This document shows, piece after piece, positions 1-9,579 of a stretch of 64,000 nt of DNA. The stretch is from Nitrosopumilus sp. (GTDB taxonomy: Archaea; Thermoproteota; Nitrososphaeria; Nitrososphaerales; Nitrosopumilaceae). The stretch spans positions 32,001 through 96,000 of the forward strand of contig CBDBLO010000002.1 of NCBI GenBank assembly GCA_965207075.1, given 5' to 3'. How positions within the stretch are numbered: position 1 is the stretch's first letter; every line of letters starts with the position of its first letter. Made by a program: the position numbers and the translations under genes. The notes under the pieces were generated by a model. The model saw only the letters and a list, made by a program, of their open reading frames with translations. It was not told where the DNA came from and searched no databases.

Positions 1-845
1 TCAAGCCCCCTGTGCAGCTTGCAGAGCATCGCGGCCTTTTCCGTTATGGTGGGGCGCGCGGCAGTCAGCATCCTGCGCACGTCCCCGAGCGTGAGCGTCT
101 GGATCGTCTCCGTGTTGTCGTACGTGGCGGCCGGGTCGAATGAGACCTCGATCCCCTGCTCGTTGCGCTTGAAATATGACAGTATGGCGTTGCGGGTCGA
201 GGCCATCGTCGACGCCCTCTTTCCCCGGTGCGCCGGGTCCATCAGGTACCTCTTCACTATGACGGCAACGTCCGAGCGTACTGCCAGCGGCCTGGCAAGC
301 AGCTCTATCAGATCCTCGACGCTCTCAAAGGCGGCCTGGCTCACGCGGGTATGGGAGCCGCCTGCCAGCATGCGCCCCCCGGAGCACCTCTTCCTGCCGC
401 CTCCCCGGTGCCTTGCCACGTGGACTTCGTGCGTGCCGCTTGTGAGCCACCTGTTGAAGCGCCACAGGTGCCTCGCGTACGACGAGCGCGTGGTGTTGGC
501 CGAGCCGCCGACGTTGGTCCTTGTACTGCCGCGGAGCTGGCCCAGCCAGAACGAGACGGTCCTCAGGCTCAGGAACTCGTCGGGTATGTGCCCGTCCTCC
601 ACCCTGTCAAGGGCGCCGGTTTTTGCGACGGCGGCAAGCCCGCGGCTCACAACCGAGATGGCGGTGGAGTCGTTTGCCGGCAGGCGGGGCCTGTGCTCGC
701 TGTAGACCTCCCTGCAGGTGAGCCTCCTGCCGGGCTCGAAAGACCCGAATATGCCCACCAGCCTCTTTGGGACCTTGGCTCGCTCATAGTCGGCGGCAGT
801 CGGCCTGCGTATGACCGCGTACGTGATCTCGGGCCTGCCGTTCAC
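1..845 (-). CDS. Probable tyrosine recombinase/integrase, N-terminal part (runs off window start; not in ORF track)
   Basis: Manual translation from GTG at 845, open to position 1: MNGRPEITYAVIRR...TVSFWLGQLRG...TTRSSYARHLWRFNRWL...RASTMASTRNAILSYFKRN...LTLGDVRRML...EKAAMLCKLHRGL(D). This resembles the core-binding domain followed by the start of the catalytic box I of archaeal integrases. The HxxR and Tyr motifs would lie outside the window. Confidence 0.55.
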   Translation of the reverse strand, partial: MNGRPEITYAVIRRPTAADYERAKVPKRLVGIFGSFEPGRRLTCREVYSEHRPRLPANDSTAISVVSRGLAAVAKTGALDRVEDGHIPDEFLSLRTVSFWLGQLRGSTRTNVGGSANTTRSSYARHLWRFNRWLTSGTHEVHVARHRGGGRKRCSGGRMLAGGSHTRVSQAAFESVEDLIELLARPLAVRSDVAVIVKRYLMDPAHRGKRASTMASTRNAILSYFKRNEQGIEVSFDPAATYDNTETIQTLTLGDVRRMLTAARPTITEKAAMLCKLHRGL

Positions 846-1072
846 ACACCACGCGTTGCGCCAACCTTACTTAATGCGCCGTGTCAAGAAACACTCGCAA
901 CTGGATAAATTTTTTTTGACAGGCTCGCCGCCGCACGGGTTCGCCCGCCGTGCGTGGGGCACCCGCGGCTCGGGGTCCGCGCCCGGCTGCTGGGGGTGGG
1001 GGGAGCGGGTGGAGGCGCGAACCCATACAGGCCATCATCATCATCAGCACCAACAACGCGCAAAAGCGAGAC

Positions 1073-3049
1073 CTACAGAAAATATACTAGCATAACGCTA
1101 ATGGCAATCATGGTCGCCGGGGGGCTGACCTTTGCCGTACCGGGCGCGGACCCCGTGTTTGCAGAAGTGAGCACGTCGAACCCGAACCTGTACGTATCGG
1201 CAGAGGGACAGGACCCCGACAACATGTTTGCCGAAGGAAACATAATCGAAGTAATAATTAGAGACGATTCAATAGGAGATACAGACGAAGGAGAGGCGGA
1301 GCCCGAAGTTACCGTAAACGGAGCGGACCTCCGGATGCTGCAGACTGCCAACGGCTACTGGACGGCGTACTTTGCCGAGGTGGACGCGCTGGCGGGCGCA
1401 GCTGAAAGCCTCCCCTACGGTGTATACTGTAGCGAGACTGCCGCGTCAGCGGTGACAGGTCTTCCGCTCAGCGACGGCAACGGCGTATACCTGCCGCCCG
1501 GCTCCAACTGTAATGATTCCAACACCAGCGCCAACGGCCACCCCCTGATAAGGGAGCCGCGCGACCTGACCAACTATGACGGCAACTCGCTGGGACAGCT
1601 TGGACTGTCCAACGCGAACCTTTGGCCCTTCATCCAGGTATACGACTTTACGTCACTGACTGACGTCGACATCGTCTACAACAAGGGCGGCGATCGCCAG
1701 ACCGTCACCCTGACGTTTGACGACCCGTCAGAATCCCACTCGCTAGACCGCACCAAGTACCCGCAGGGCGCTCACGTGCACATCGAGCTGATGGACTATG
1801 CACTGAACATAGACCCGACAGACGAGGACACGTGGGTGTTCGACACCCAGAACGGTGGGGCGTACTACAACGTGTTTGACGAGGACGGAAACCCGAGCTC
1901 TGAGATCAACGCAGTTGGCTCGGAGGCCGGCATCGACGAGACCGTAAGCATAAACCGCGGCGCACAGGGCAACGACGTGATCGACTGCCAGGTGACAAAG
2001 GACTTTGGAATACAGGAGGAAGATAACGCGAGCCGCGACTACCTCGTGGTCGATGACTATGGCGCCTGCGTGCCCAACGTGGGCCTGGTCGCCGGCGCGG
2101 ACGACGTGTTCACGCCCGGCAACTTTGCCATCGGATTCGTGGAGGACGGCTCCAACAACAACGTATTCATCAACTGGGCCGAGGACCAGAGGTCCAACAT
2201 CGTCGTAAAGAAAGACGCGCTGAGGGGCAACAGCTTCGAGGTGGACTACAGCTCTCCGGACGCAAAGTCCGGGGTCATAGGACACTTCTTTGCCGAGCTC
2301 GCGCTCGACGTGCCTGACGACACCTGGAACTCTGGCGAACGCATACCCATAACGCTTACCGACGAGGACGCCAACGTCAACCCACTCGCAGAGGACAACC
2401 TCGAGGTGGCCAACCCGTACAGCCTGCTGGTGCCATCCATCAGGATCGGCTCGCCGGTCACGCTGGCGTCGGCCACAGGCGACGTGGTATGGTTTGACTT
2501 GGCAGATCCGCTTCCGCCTGACACCACAGATCCGGTGATCAGACTCACCGGACCCTCGGAGATCAGGCTGAACGTGGGCGACACCTATACCGAGCGGGGC
2601 GCCACGTGTACTGACGCGAGGGACGGCAACCTAACGGTCTCCCAGACGTCGGCTGCACCCAACACTAACGTGGCAGGCACGTACACGCTGATGTACACTT
2701 GTACCGACACTGCAGGAAACTCGGCTTCCGTTACCAGAGTGGTAACCGTCGACGATCCTGACAGACCCGATACTGACATGCCCGTGATTACCGTGAACCC
2801 GGGCACCGACACCATAACTGCCGGTGACACCTGGACCGACGCGGGAGCCAGCTGTACGGATGCCAGGGACGGGCCACTGACCGTGACCACGACTGGCACC
2901 GTCACCAACACTGCACCGGGCACCTACACCATAACGTACGCCTGTGAGGACAATGCAGGAAACTCCGCAACCGAGACTAGGACCGTAACCGTAAATGCCA
3001 GACAGGCTACGATATCACTGACCGTCGACCCAGGCCAATGGGATGACGG
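1073..3049. repeat. 5' arm of large inverted repeat (pairs with 14903-16879)
   Basis: Reverse-complement identity with copy B at all points checked, except a synonymous patch at 1256-1298. Mirrored shadow ORFs have a constant coordinate sum of 17952. Confidence 0.9.
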
Positions 3050-6000
3050 GGTTATCGAGCTGGACATAAGCGGAACCACGGTCAACGTCGCCGACGGCAT
3101 CGTTACACTGACGTCAGATACCATTCCCAACTTTGGCGAGTATGACGTTACAGTAACCAGCAACGTGATATCAGGGATGATACCCTTTGCCAACGTTACG
3201 GTGTCCGGCACCCACACGTTTACGGCAACGACTTCTGACGGCTCAATTAGTGGCAGCGACACGGCAAACATACCGCCGGCTATGTCACTCACCAACGTGG
3301 TTCACATAGACTCATGGATCGATGCTGACGATGTTCCTACCGCGGATCGTGACTACATTACGCTACGGGTCGCAGGTACGGAATCCGTGTCTGGCCCTGT
3401 TACCTTGTCAGTACTTGATGAGGACGGCGAGCTAACTGACAAGCTTGGCTTACCTGTACAGTTTGGCGACAACGGCCAAGTGCGTATCAACATCACGGAT
3501 ACATCCATACAAGGACCAACCCAGTTTGTCCTGACAACCACCTACGCTGGCGTAACTTCAACCTCAAACAGCTGGACTGCGAACATGCCCGTACTGCTTA
3601 CCCTAGACGACATCATCGTAAACGAATGGGACAATGGTTCACTCATACTGAACATCACAGGTACCAAGCAAGCAATCGTACCGAATGGCGGAGGCAGCGA
3701 CAATGTCGATGTCCGCGTATCTGGTACTACTACAATCGTAGGTAGCGTTGAGGGTTACAGTGACGGTGTGGTAAACGGCACAGTAACACTTGCCGACACC
3801 GACTGGGCATTATCCGGCACTACCGTACAGTTCGAACTGGTGGAAGACACAAATACTCCGACGATTTTCACGTCAGATCCCGTAGCCAGGGACATACCCT
3901 CGATCCTGACCAACCTGCAAGTTACCACAACCGGTAGCAATGCGGGCCAGTGGAACGACGGGAACTTTGAGGTAAGGGTGACAGGATCCAGCGACGGCAT
4001 TCCCGAGGATACCCTGATTAACTTGGAAGCGGACAACGGAGAGGCATGGATCCCAGTTGTAACCGGTGCTAATACACCAGGTTTACTACAGATACTGGCT
4101 GGCGGCGACATACGCGCCACGGTATCCATAGATGACATCAACCTGTCCGGAAACACCGTGTTCAGACTGGTGACTGCTACCAATGGCGCTACATCCAACA
4201 ACTCGACTGCCATAAACATCCCATCCGTATTTACCTCTCTGCCGGTCATCACGGCAGATTCTGACGGCTGGGGTGGCGACAATAACATCGACATAAACGC
4301 ACTGGGAACCTCCGGTCTGGCCGATGCCACGACCCTGCAACTGCGGGTGTCGACAGGCGGCGCATTTACGGACGTAGGGGCCACCAGTACCATTGCCGCC
4401 GATGCAAATGGCGCTATCAACCACACTGGATCCTTGACCGACCTATCACTGTCCGGAACATCAGCCACGTTCATACTGCAAGCCACTACCAGTGGTATTA
4501 TTGTAATGTCAGACAACGTGACCGTAAGCATACCTGCGGCACTGACCCTGGCAGACGTGAGCTTTGGTAATGCAGGATGGACGGGTGAAGAAGGCTCTCA
4601 AGTACTCAACCTGTTTGTAACAGGCAGCACCACGCTGACGGTTGGTAACGGGGCATCACTAGAATACTACAACGAAGCCACTGAAACTTGGGTTCCTGTT
4701 CCGGTCGACGGCGATGGCCCCGCTCTCGTGGGTACAATACCTGACGACGGCGCCATAGCAGATGCGCAGGTAATCCTAGATGATCCAGAGCTGGCGGGCG
4801 ACACAGTCCAGCTCAGACTGGTCTCAACTGATGATACAACCACGGCAGCATCGGCACCCATAACAAGGACCATTCCGGCACTGCCGCCATCAAGCAGCAG
4901 CGTCGACATGGCACCCACGCCGATATCCTTCTCCGCACAGAACGGATTCCCGCCCATAACTAGGGCAGTAATCAACGACATCAGCGAGATACCGGCCGTG
5001 CACAACGTGCAGGCCTCATCACCGGTGGCAATATACACCTGGTCAGATGACGACAAGACCGTAGAGGCGTTCAGCGACAGGCTCAGACTATCCGAGCCTT
5101 CCGAGAGGAACACCATAACGGGCAACTCGAAGATCGTCATATACGGATGGGAGCCACCCACGTTTGCCGACGGCGTCACAACGCTGTTCAACTGGAACTT
5201 TGGTTCCATACTGAGCGACAGCATCGCGGCCGGCACGATCATAACCGAGATCAGGCTTGCAAACGCAGCCCACACCGAAAGTGTGCTACTGGGCGACGGT
5301 GAATCCGGCCTGGTGGACATCACTGCCATGAAGGACGACATCGAGGCCCTCGGAGATACCGTAGACCTGGTCATCATGATGGACAACACCAACATCGACC
5401 ACGTGTGCGGCGACATTACGTTGGTTGCTGACTTCTTCACGTTCGGACAGAACGACGATGACGGTAGGGTGAACAACGCCATATACCGCATCGAGGTCGA
5501 GGAGGCCAGCAGCAACTCTGCCGACTTTGAGGGCACCGTGGAGTACACCATGCTCAACCAGCTGAACATCGACGATCCGGCCACGTACACGGGCCTGAGG
5601 ACCATCTCAGACCAAGTGTCGATCATAGTCCACGAGGACTTTACCGACGAGGACTCCGTGAGGGTCAACTATCTCGACTTGGGCGCCGACGGCGTATCAA
5701 CCCAGATAGCGATCCAGCAGGCGGCCCCGACGCACAGCGCCGTGGTCTCCTTTGACGCGGAGAGCTACAAGGTTGCCGACACCGTTACGATAACGCTGGA
5801 GGATGCCGACCTCAACGTCCAGAACGACGTGATAGACATCTACACGTTCTCATCTGAACTCACGGACTACATCGGAGACGACAAGGCCTACATCCTCGAC
5901 GTCACATTTGACGACGAGCTATGGACCTCCGGAGAATGTGAGGGAGCCGACGGATTTGCATCCACCGGCTTCACGCTGCAGGAGACTGCGGCAGGCTCCG

Positions 6001-8087
6001 GCGTCTTTACGGGCGACTTCCAGATACCCGAATACTACTGCCAGTCGAGCACCACCACCATGGTCTCCGTAACCGGCGTGGACATTGAAGTCAACTATCA
6101 GGACTTCCGTGACGCGTCCGGCGAGGAGATCGAGGTCGGAGCGGGAGCGGCGGTTCGTGCCAACACTGGTACGGTATCGCTTGACCGCACCGTATACCCG
6201 GTGCCGTTCGCGGCAGACGTGTTCGAGCACACCACAGGCACGCTCGGCCAGCACGATCTGACGGTCCACGTCACCATAGACGATCCGGACTTTGACATAT
6301 CGGCTGCCGGCGAGGACGTGATATCCAACGCCACCGAGTACCTGACCGTACAGGTCATACGCGGCTCGGCATCCCAGACGATCGACCTTGACGACGCGCA
6401 GATCCTCGAGACCGCGCCCGACAGCGGCGCATTCGAGCTTGACCTGCCACTCGCGTACGACGCCGGTCCGGACGGATCGATACTGCAAGGAGACATCCTG
6501 CAGGTCGAGTACCGCGACCCGACTGACGCGTCAGGCGAGGAGAACACCGTCACAGACTCTGCTACCTTCGACCTGCGCAACGGCGTGCTCCAGTCCGACA
6601 AGTCCGTCTACATCATCGGCTCAGACATGATCCTGACGCTGATAGAGCCGGACCTTGACCTGGAGAACGACGGCGCCGAGTCCTACACGCTCGACCTGAT
6701 CGAGTGGGACTCTGACGCAGCGACGCTCGGCATGGACAACCCAGTGTTCGATCCAGAGCCATCCGAGCTCCGTGAGACTGGAGACTCCACCGGAATATTC
6801 CAGGTGATAGTCGAGATTCCCGCGGAGATCGACGGCGACCGCCTCGAGAGGGGTGAGGAGATCGAGCTCGAGTACGTTGACTGGGGTCCGTCAGGCGCCG
6901 ACTATGTCGGCGACGAGAGTGAGGACGTCGGACTGACGGTATTCACCTCCAACTTTGGCGCGACCATCGAGCTGGACCAGAAGGTGTACACGTGGACCGA
7001 CAAGGTCTACATCACCATCGTGGCGCCAGACCACAACTTCGACTCCGCACTTGTCGACGAGATAGGCGACTCCAACCTCGACCCGATACAGGTATCCACG
7101 CGCAGTGCCGACATCGACAACTACAAGCTTGTCGAGACCGGTCCTGACACGGGAATCTTCACGGGTGAGGTGATCCTTATCGGATTCGACCACAACGCGG
7201 ACGGCGACACCGAGACTGGTACCGAGGCAGGTTATGACAACCCGCAGCGTGACACCAGCCCAGACGGCAGCGGACCCACCAACGGCTACCTCCAGACTGA
7301 CGATGACGACGGCATCACCGTCTCATTCGAGTACTCTGAGGACGAGACCGTAGTGGGCTCTGCTCTCATCAGGTGGAACATAGGCGAAGTGCAGTGGCTC
7401 GAGTCATCGTACCCGGCATCCGGCACAGGAGTGGTCAGGGTCATCGACCCAGACATGAACTGGAACCCGGAGGCAGTGAACAACTTTGTGGTTGACGTGT
7501 GGTCAGACGCCGACAACGGCGGAATCGACCTCACCGTAACCGAGACCAACGAGGCGACCGGAATATTCGAAGGCACGGTGTTCTTCACCATAACCGACGA
7601 GTCGTCCGGGCACCGCCTCCGCGTCGCAGAGGGCAACACTGTAACGGCCGAGTATGAGGACAACACGCTACCAGACCCGTACACGACAGCAGACGAGCTC
7701 GACATAACGGCAACCACGCTGATCGGCACCATCGTGCCTCCGCTGGAGAGGGCGCCCGCAACCAACCTTAGGATTGTGGATGCCTTCGGCAACAGCCTAG
7801 ACACGGTGTCTGCAGACCAGCAGGTGCAGATCGTGGCAGACCTGGCCAACGGCCAGGACCGCTCCCAGGCCTTTGCCTATCTGGTACAGGTCCAGGACGC
7901 AAACGGTGTCACGGTCGCGCTCTCCTGGATATCCGGAACGCTGGAGGCAGGACAGTCACTGAGTCCGTCAACATCATGGATTCCATCCGAGGCGGGAACC
8001 TACACGGCAACCGCGTTCGTATGGGAGTCAGTTGACAACCCGACTGCCCTATCGCCGCCGGTCACAACCGACATCACCGTAAGCTAG
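1101..8087 (+). CDS. S-layer glycoprotein (SlaA-like) copy A, probably silent (native ATG and TATA lost)
   Basis: Very acidic ~2330-aa protein with signal-peptide remnant ITLMAIMVAGGLTFAVPG, repeated ETG/DTG-xFxG Ig-like motifs and the C-terminus AFVWESVDNPTALSPP typical of thaumarchaeal S-layer proteins. It has two DUF5011-like Ig repeats (PVIRLTG...YTCTDTAGN). The first in-frame ATG is at 1101. Confidence 0.85.
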   Translation: MAIMVAGGLTFAVPGADPVFAEVSTSNPNLYVSAEGQDPDNMFAEGNIIEVIIRDDSIGDTDEGEAEPEVTVNGADLRMLQTANGYWTAYFAEVDALAGAAESLPYGVYCSETAASAVTGLPLSDGNGVYLPPGSNCNDSNTSANGHPLIREPRDLTNYDGNSLGQLGLSNANLWPFIQVYDFTSLTDVDIVYNKGGDRQTVTLTFDDPSESHSLDRTKYPQGAHVHIELMDYALNIDPTDEDTWVFDTQNGGAYYNVFDEDGNPSSEINAVGSEAGIDETVSINRGAQGNDVIDCQVTKDFGIQEEDNASRDYLVVDDYGACVPNVGLVAGADDVFTPGNFAIGFVEDGSNNNVFINWAEDQRSNIVVKKDALRGNSFEVDYSSPDAKSGVIGHFFAELALDVPDDTWNSGERIPITLTDEDANVNPLAEDNLEVANPYSLLVPSIRIGSPVTLASATGDVVWFDLADPLPPDTTDPVIRLTGPSEIRLNVGDTYTERGATCTDARDGNLTVSQTSAAPNTNVAGTYTLMYTCTDTAGNSASVTRVVTVDDPDRPDTDMPVITVNPGTDTITAGDTWTDAGASCTDARDGPLTVTTTGTVTNTAPGTYTITYACEDNAGNSATETRTVTVNARQATISLTVDPGQWDDGVIELDISGTTVNVADGIVTLTSDTIPNFGEYDVTVTSNVISGMIPFANVTVSGTHTFTATTSDGSISGSDTANIPPAMSLTNVVHIDSWIDADDVPTADRDYITLRVAGTESVSGPVTLSVLDEDGELTDKLGLPVQFGDNGQVRINITDTSIQGPTQFVLTTTYAGVTSTSNSWTANMPVLLTLDDIIVNEWDNGSLILNITGTKQAIVPNGGGSDNVDVRVSGTTTIVGSVEGYSDGVVNGTVTLADTDWALSGTTVQFELVEDTNTPTIFTSDPVARDIPSILTNLQVTTTGSNAGQWNDGNFEVRVTGSSDGIPEDTLINLEADNGEAWIPVVTGANTPGLLQILAGGDIRATVSIDDINLSGNTVFRLVTATNGATSNNSTAINIPSVFTSLPVITADSDGWGGDNNIDINALGTSGLADATTLQLRVSTGGAFTDVGATSTIAADANGAINHTGSLTDLSLSGTSATFILQATTSGIIVMSDNVTVSIPAALTLADVSFGNAGWTGEEGSQVLNLFVTGSTTLTVGNGASLEYYNEATETWVPVPVDGDGPALVGTIPDDGAIADAQVILDDPELAGDTVQLRLVSTDDTTTAASAPITRTIPALPPSSSSVDMAPTPISFSAQNGFPPITRAVINDISEIPAVHNVQASSPVAIYTWSDDDKTVEAFSDRLRLSEPSERNTITGNSKIVIYGWEPPTFADGVTTLFNWNFGSILSDSIAAGTIITEIRLANAAHTESVLLGDGESGLVDITAMKDDIEALGDTVDLVIMMDNTNIDHVCGDITLVADFFTFGQNDDDGRVNNAIYRIEVEEASSNSADFEGTVEYTMLNQLNIDDPATYTGLRTISDQVSIIVHEDFTDEDSVRVNYLDLGADGVSTQIAIQQAAPTHSAVVSFDAESYKVADTVTITLEDADLNVQNDVIDIYTFSSELTDYIGDDKAYILDVTFDDELWTSGECEGADGFASTGFTLQETAAGSGVFTGDFQIPEYYCQSSTTTMVSVTGVDIEVNYQDFRDASGEEIEVGAGAAVRANTGTVSLDRTVYPVPFAADVFEHTTGTLGQHDLTVHVTIDDPDFDISAAGEDVISNATEYLTVQVIRGSASQTIDLDDAQILETAPDSGAFELDLPLAYDAGPDGSILQGDILQVEYRDPTDASGEENTVTDSATFDLRNGVLQSDKSVYIIGSDMILTLIEPDLDLENDGAESYTLDLIEWDSDAATLGMDNPVFDPEPSELRETGDSTGIFQVIVEIPAEIDGDRLERGEEIELEYVDWGPSGADYVGDESEDVGLTVFTSNFGATIELDQKVYTWTDKVYITIVAPDHNFDSALVDEIGDSNLDPIQVSTRSADIDNYKLVETGPDTGIFTGEVILIGFDHNADGDTETGTEAGYDNPQRDTSPDGSGPTNGYLQTDDDDGITVSFEYSEDETVVGSALIRWNIGEVQWLESSYPASGTGVVRVIDPDMNWNPEAVNNFVVDVWSDADNGGIDLTVTETNEATGIFEGTVFFTITDESSGHRLRVAEGNTVTAEYEDNTLPDPYTTADELDITATTLIGTIVPPLERAPATNLRIVDAFGNSLDTVSADQQVQIVADLANGQDRSQAFAYLVQVQDANGVTVALSWISGTLEAGQSLSPSTSWIPSEAGTYTATAFVWESVDNPTALSPPVTTDITVS

Positions 8088-8169
8088 TATATACACAAAA
8101 ACACACAGAAAAAAATTTCCCCTTTTTTCTTTTTTTATTTTGGACTAACAGCGGATGCTGTGACCGTCA
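4920..8169. repeat. 3' arm of large inverted repeat (pairs with 9795-13044)
   Basis: Identical protein C-termini. The identity extends 82 bp past the stop to ...GATGCTGTGACCGTCA (8169 / 9795). Constant coordinate sum 17964. Confidence 0.9.
8113..8141 (+). terminator. T-rich archaeal terminator of S-layer copy A (mirror copy at ~9823-9851 for copy B)
   Basis: TTTTTTCTTTTTTTATTTT shortly after the stop codon. Confidence 0.6.
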
Positions 8170-8470
8170 GGTTGTAGCATGCGCAAATCCGCGCTATGCT
8201 GTATCCAGAGACTTGGTCGACGAGCAGCAAAAATGGTAATCAAGTACGTGACGTCCCTTGCTGCATGTAGGACGATAACGAAATATGGAATAATTTCCGA
8301 CCAGCTAACGTGAAAGATCTACGAGTGCGTCCGACCATGTTAAAGCGGGTTCATCCACCGCGCCGTTCTGCGACGAGTTTTCTTTGCGCGTTTTATTTTC
8401 TGCATGTGGGCAACCGACGGTTTTTGGGCTGGGCTTGGACATAACCTCTGAAGTCATGGAAGGATTGCAC

Positions 8471-9579
8471 TAGAGTGACGATCATTGAAAATTTCGCTTC
8501 ACACGCAGCGGTACAGAAATTTGTAGATGTCAAGCCTGATTGGGCACGTCCTGAAATATTCGGACACAGCATGCGTCAGATCCTCCCGCGTCTCGTAGTG
8601 TTCTGAGGTGACAAGCCTGTACTTTGCATCCTTCCATACGGACTCGACTGCGCTGAGCTTCGGTGTGGCGGTGGGCAGGTACAGGATCTCCACCCCGTCG
8701 TGTTCCTTCAGGTACTTTTTCACCTCCCTGTGCTTGTGCTGGCTTGCGTTGTCCGCTACGAGCAGGACCCTGCCCCACTTGCGGCGCACCTTCCTGAGAT
8801 ACCGTACGAACGTCGGGCCGTCGAACTTCTCATACTGCCGCATCAGTCTCGTTCCATCCTCTGCAAGCGTGCCGAACACGACGGTCCGATCCCTCCTGCC
8901 GTGCCGGCTGACAGTCACGGAATCCCCGACGCGCGACCACAGCTTCCTTCCGTTCGTCCCCGTTCTGAGAAATATGGACTCGTCCTGCACCGCGATCGTC
9001 AATCCGCGCCTTTTTGCACCCGATATCGTGCCTGCGGCGTCGGCCTGCCACTGCCTTACCGCGTCGGCGTCGGCAGCCGAGGCGTACAGGGTGGTCGACC
9101 TCTTGGACGAGAACCCGAGGCGTCGCAGGATCCTGCGCACGCTGCACAGGCTGTACCGGATGTACAGCCTCTCCCGTATCCAGTTCCGCAGCTTTCTCGG
9201 GGTGAGCGTGTTCCTGCCTGCAAGCCTGTCGGCCACCCTCCTGATCTGGCCGTACCTTGCGCGTGAAGCCCTGCCCCTCCCGGGAGCGTCCCGGAGGCCA
9301 CCGATGCCGTCCTCGTTGAACCGGGCAACCCACAGTTGCACCGTTCGCTGGTCCACGTCTGCAAAATCAGACGCGGTCCTTGTCGAGTGGCCCTTGAGCA
9401 CACCCAGGACAGCCATCATCCTGTTGCGGATCCTGACGTCCCTCTCTGCACGCATGGCCTCCTTCAGCTCCCAGATCTTCTTGCTGTTCTCGATCATGGA
9501 TGGGGCGGCGATCCGGCGATCAATAAGCTTTTCTGCGGTTGTCCATCATGAGGCGAAATTTTCAATGAGCGTCACTCTA
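8471..9579 (-). mobile_element. IS630-family insertion sequence
   Basis: Terminal IRs CTAGAGTGACGATCATTGAAAATTTCGCTTCA (8470-8501) and TGAGGCGAAATTTTCAATGAGCGTCACTCTAG (9549-9580) match at 30/32. The CTAG context fits TA duplication. Confidence 0.9.
8499..9497 (-). CDS. IS630-family DDE transposase
   Basis: N-terminal HTH (TVQLWVARFNEDG..GLRD), then QDES, DNASQH and YLPTATPKLSAVESVW motifs. Confidence 0.9.
   Translation of the reverse strand: MIENSKKIWELKEAMRAERDVRIRNRMMAVLGVLKGHSTRTASDFADVDQRTVQLWVARFNEDGIGGLRDAPGRGRASRARYGQIRRVADRLAGRNTLTPRKLRNWIRERLYIRYSLCSVRRILRRLGFSSKRSTTLYASAADADAVRQWQADAAGTISGAKRRGLTIAVQDESIFLRTGTNGRKLWSRVGDSVTVSRHGRRDRTVVFGTLAEDGTRLMRQYEKFDGPTFVRYLRKVRRKWGRVLLVADNASQHKHREVKKYLKEHDGVEILYLPTATPKLSAVESVWKDAKYRLVTSEHYETREDLTHAVSEYFRTCPIRLDIYKFLYRCV

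Noticed and set aside
19-908. Plus-strand ORFs 19..705 and 228..908
   Set aside because: These are shadows of the minus-strand integrase-like frame and have no recognisable motifs.
954-1100. N-terminal extension MGHPRLG... of S-layer copy A in the ORF track
   Set aside because: It derives from the GC-rich insertion and decayed leader, and is not homologous to the real start seen in copy B.
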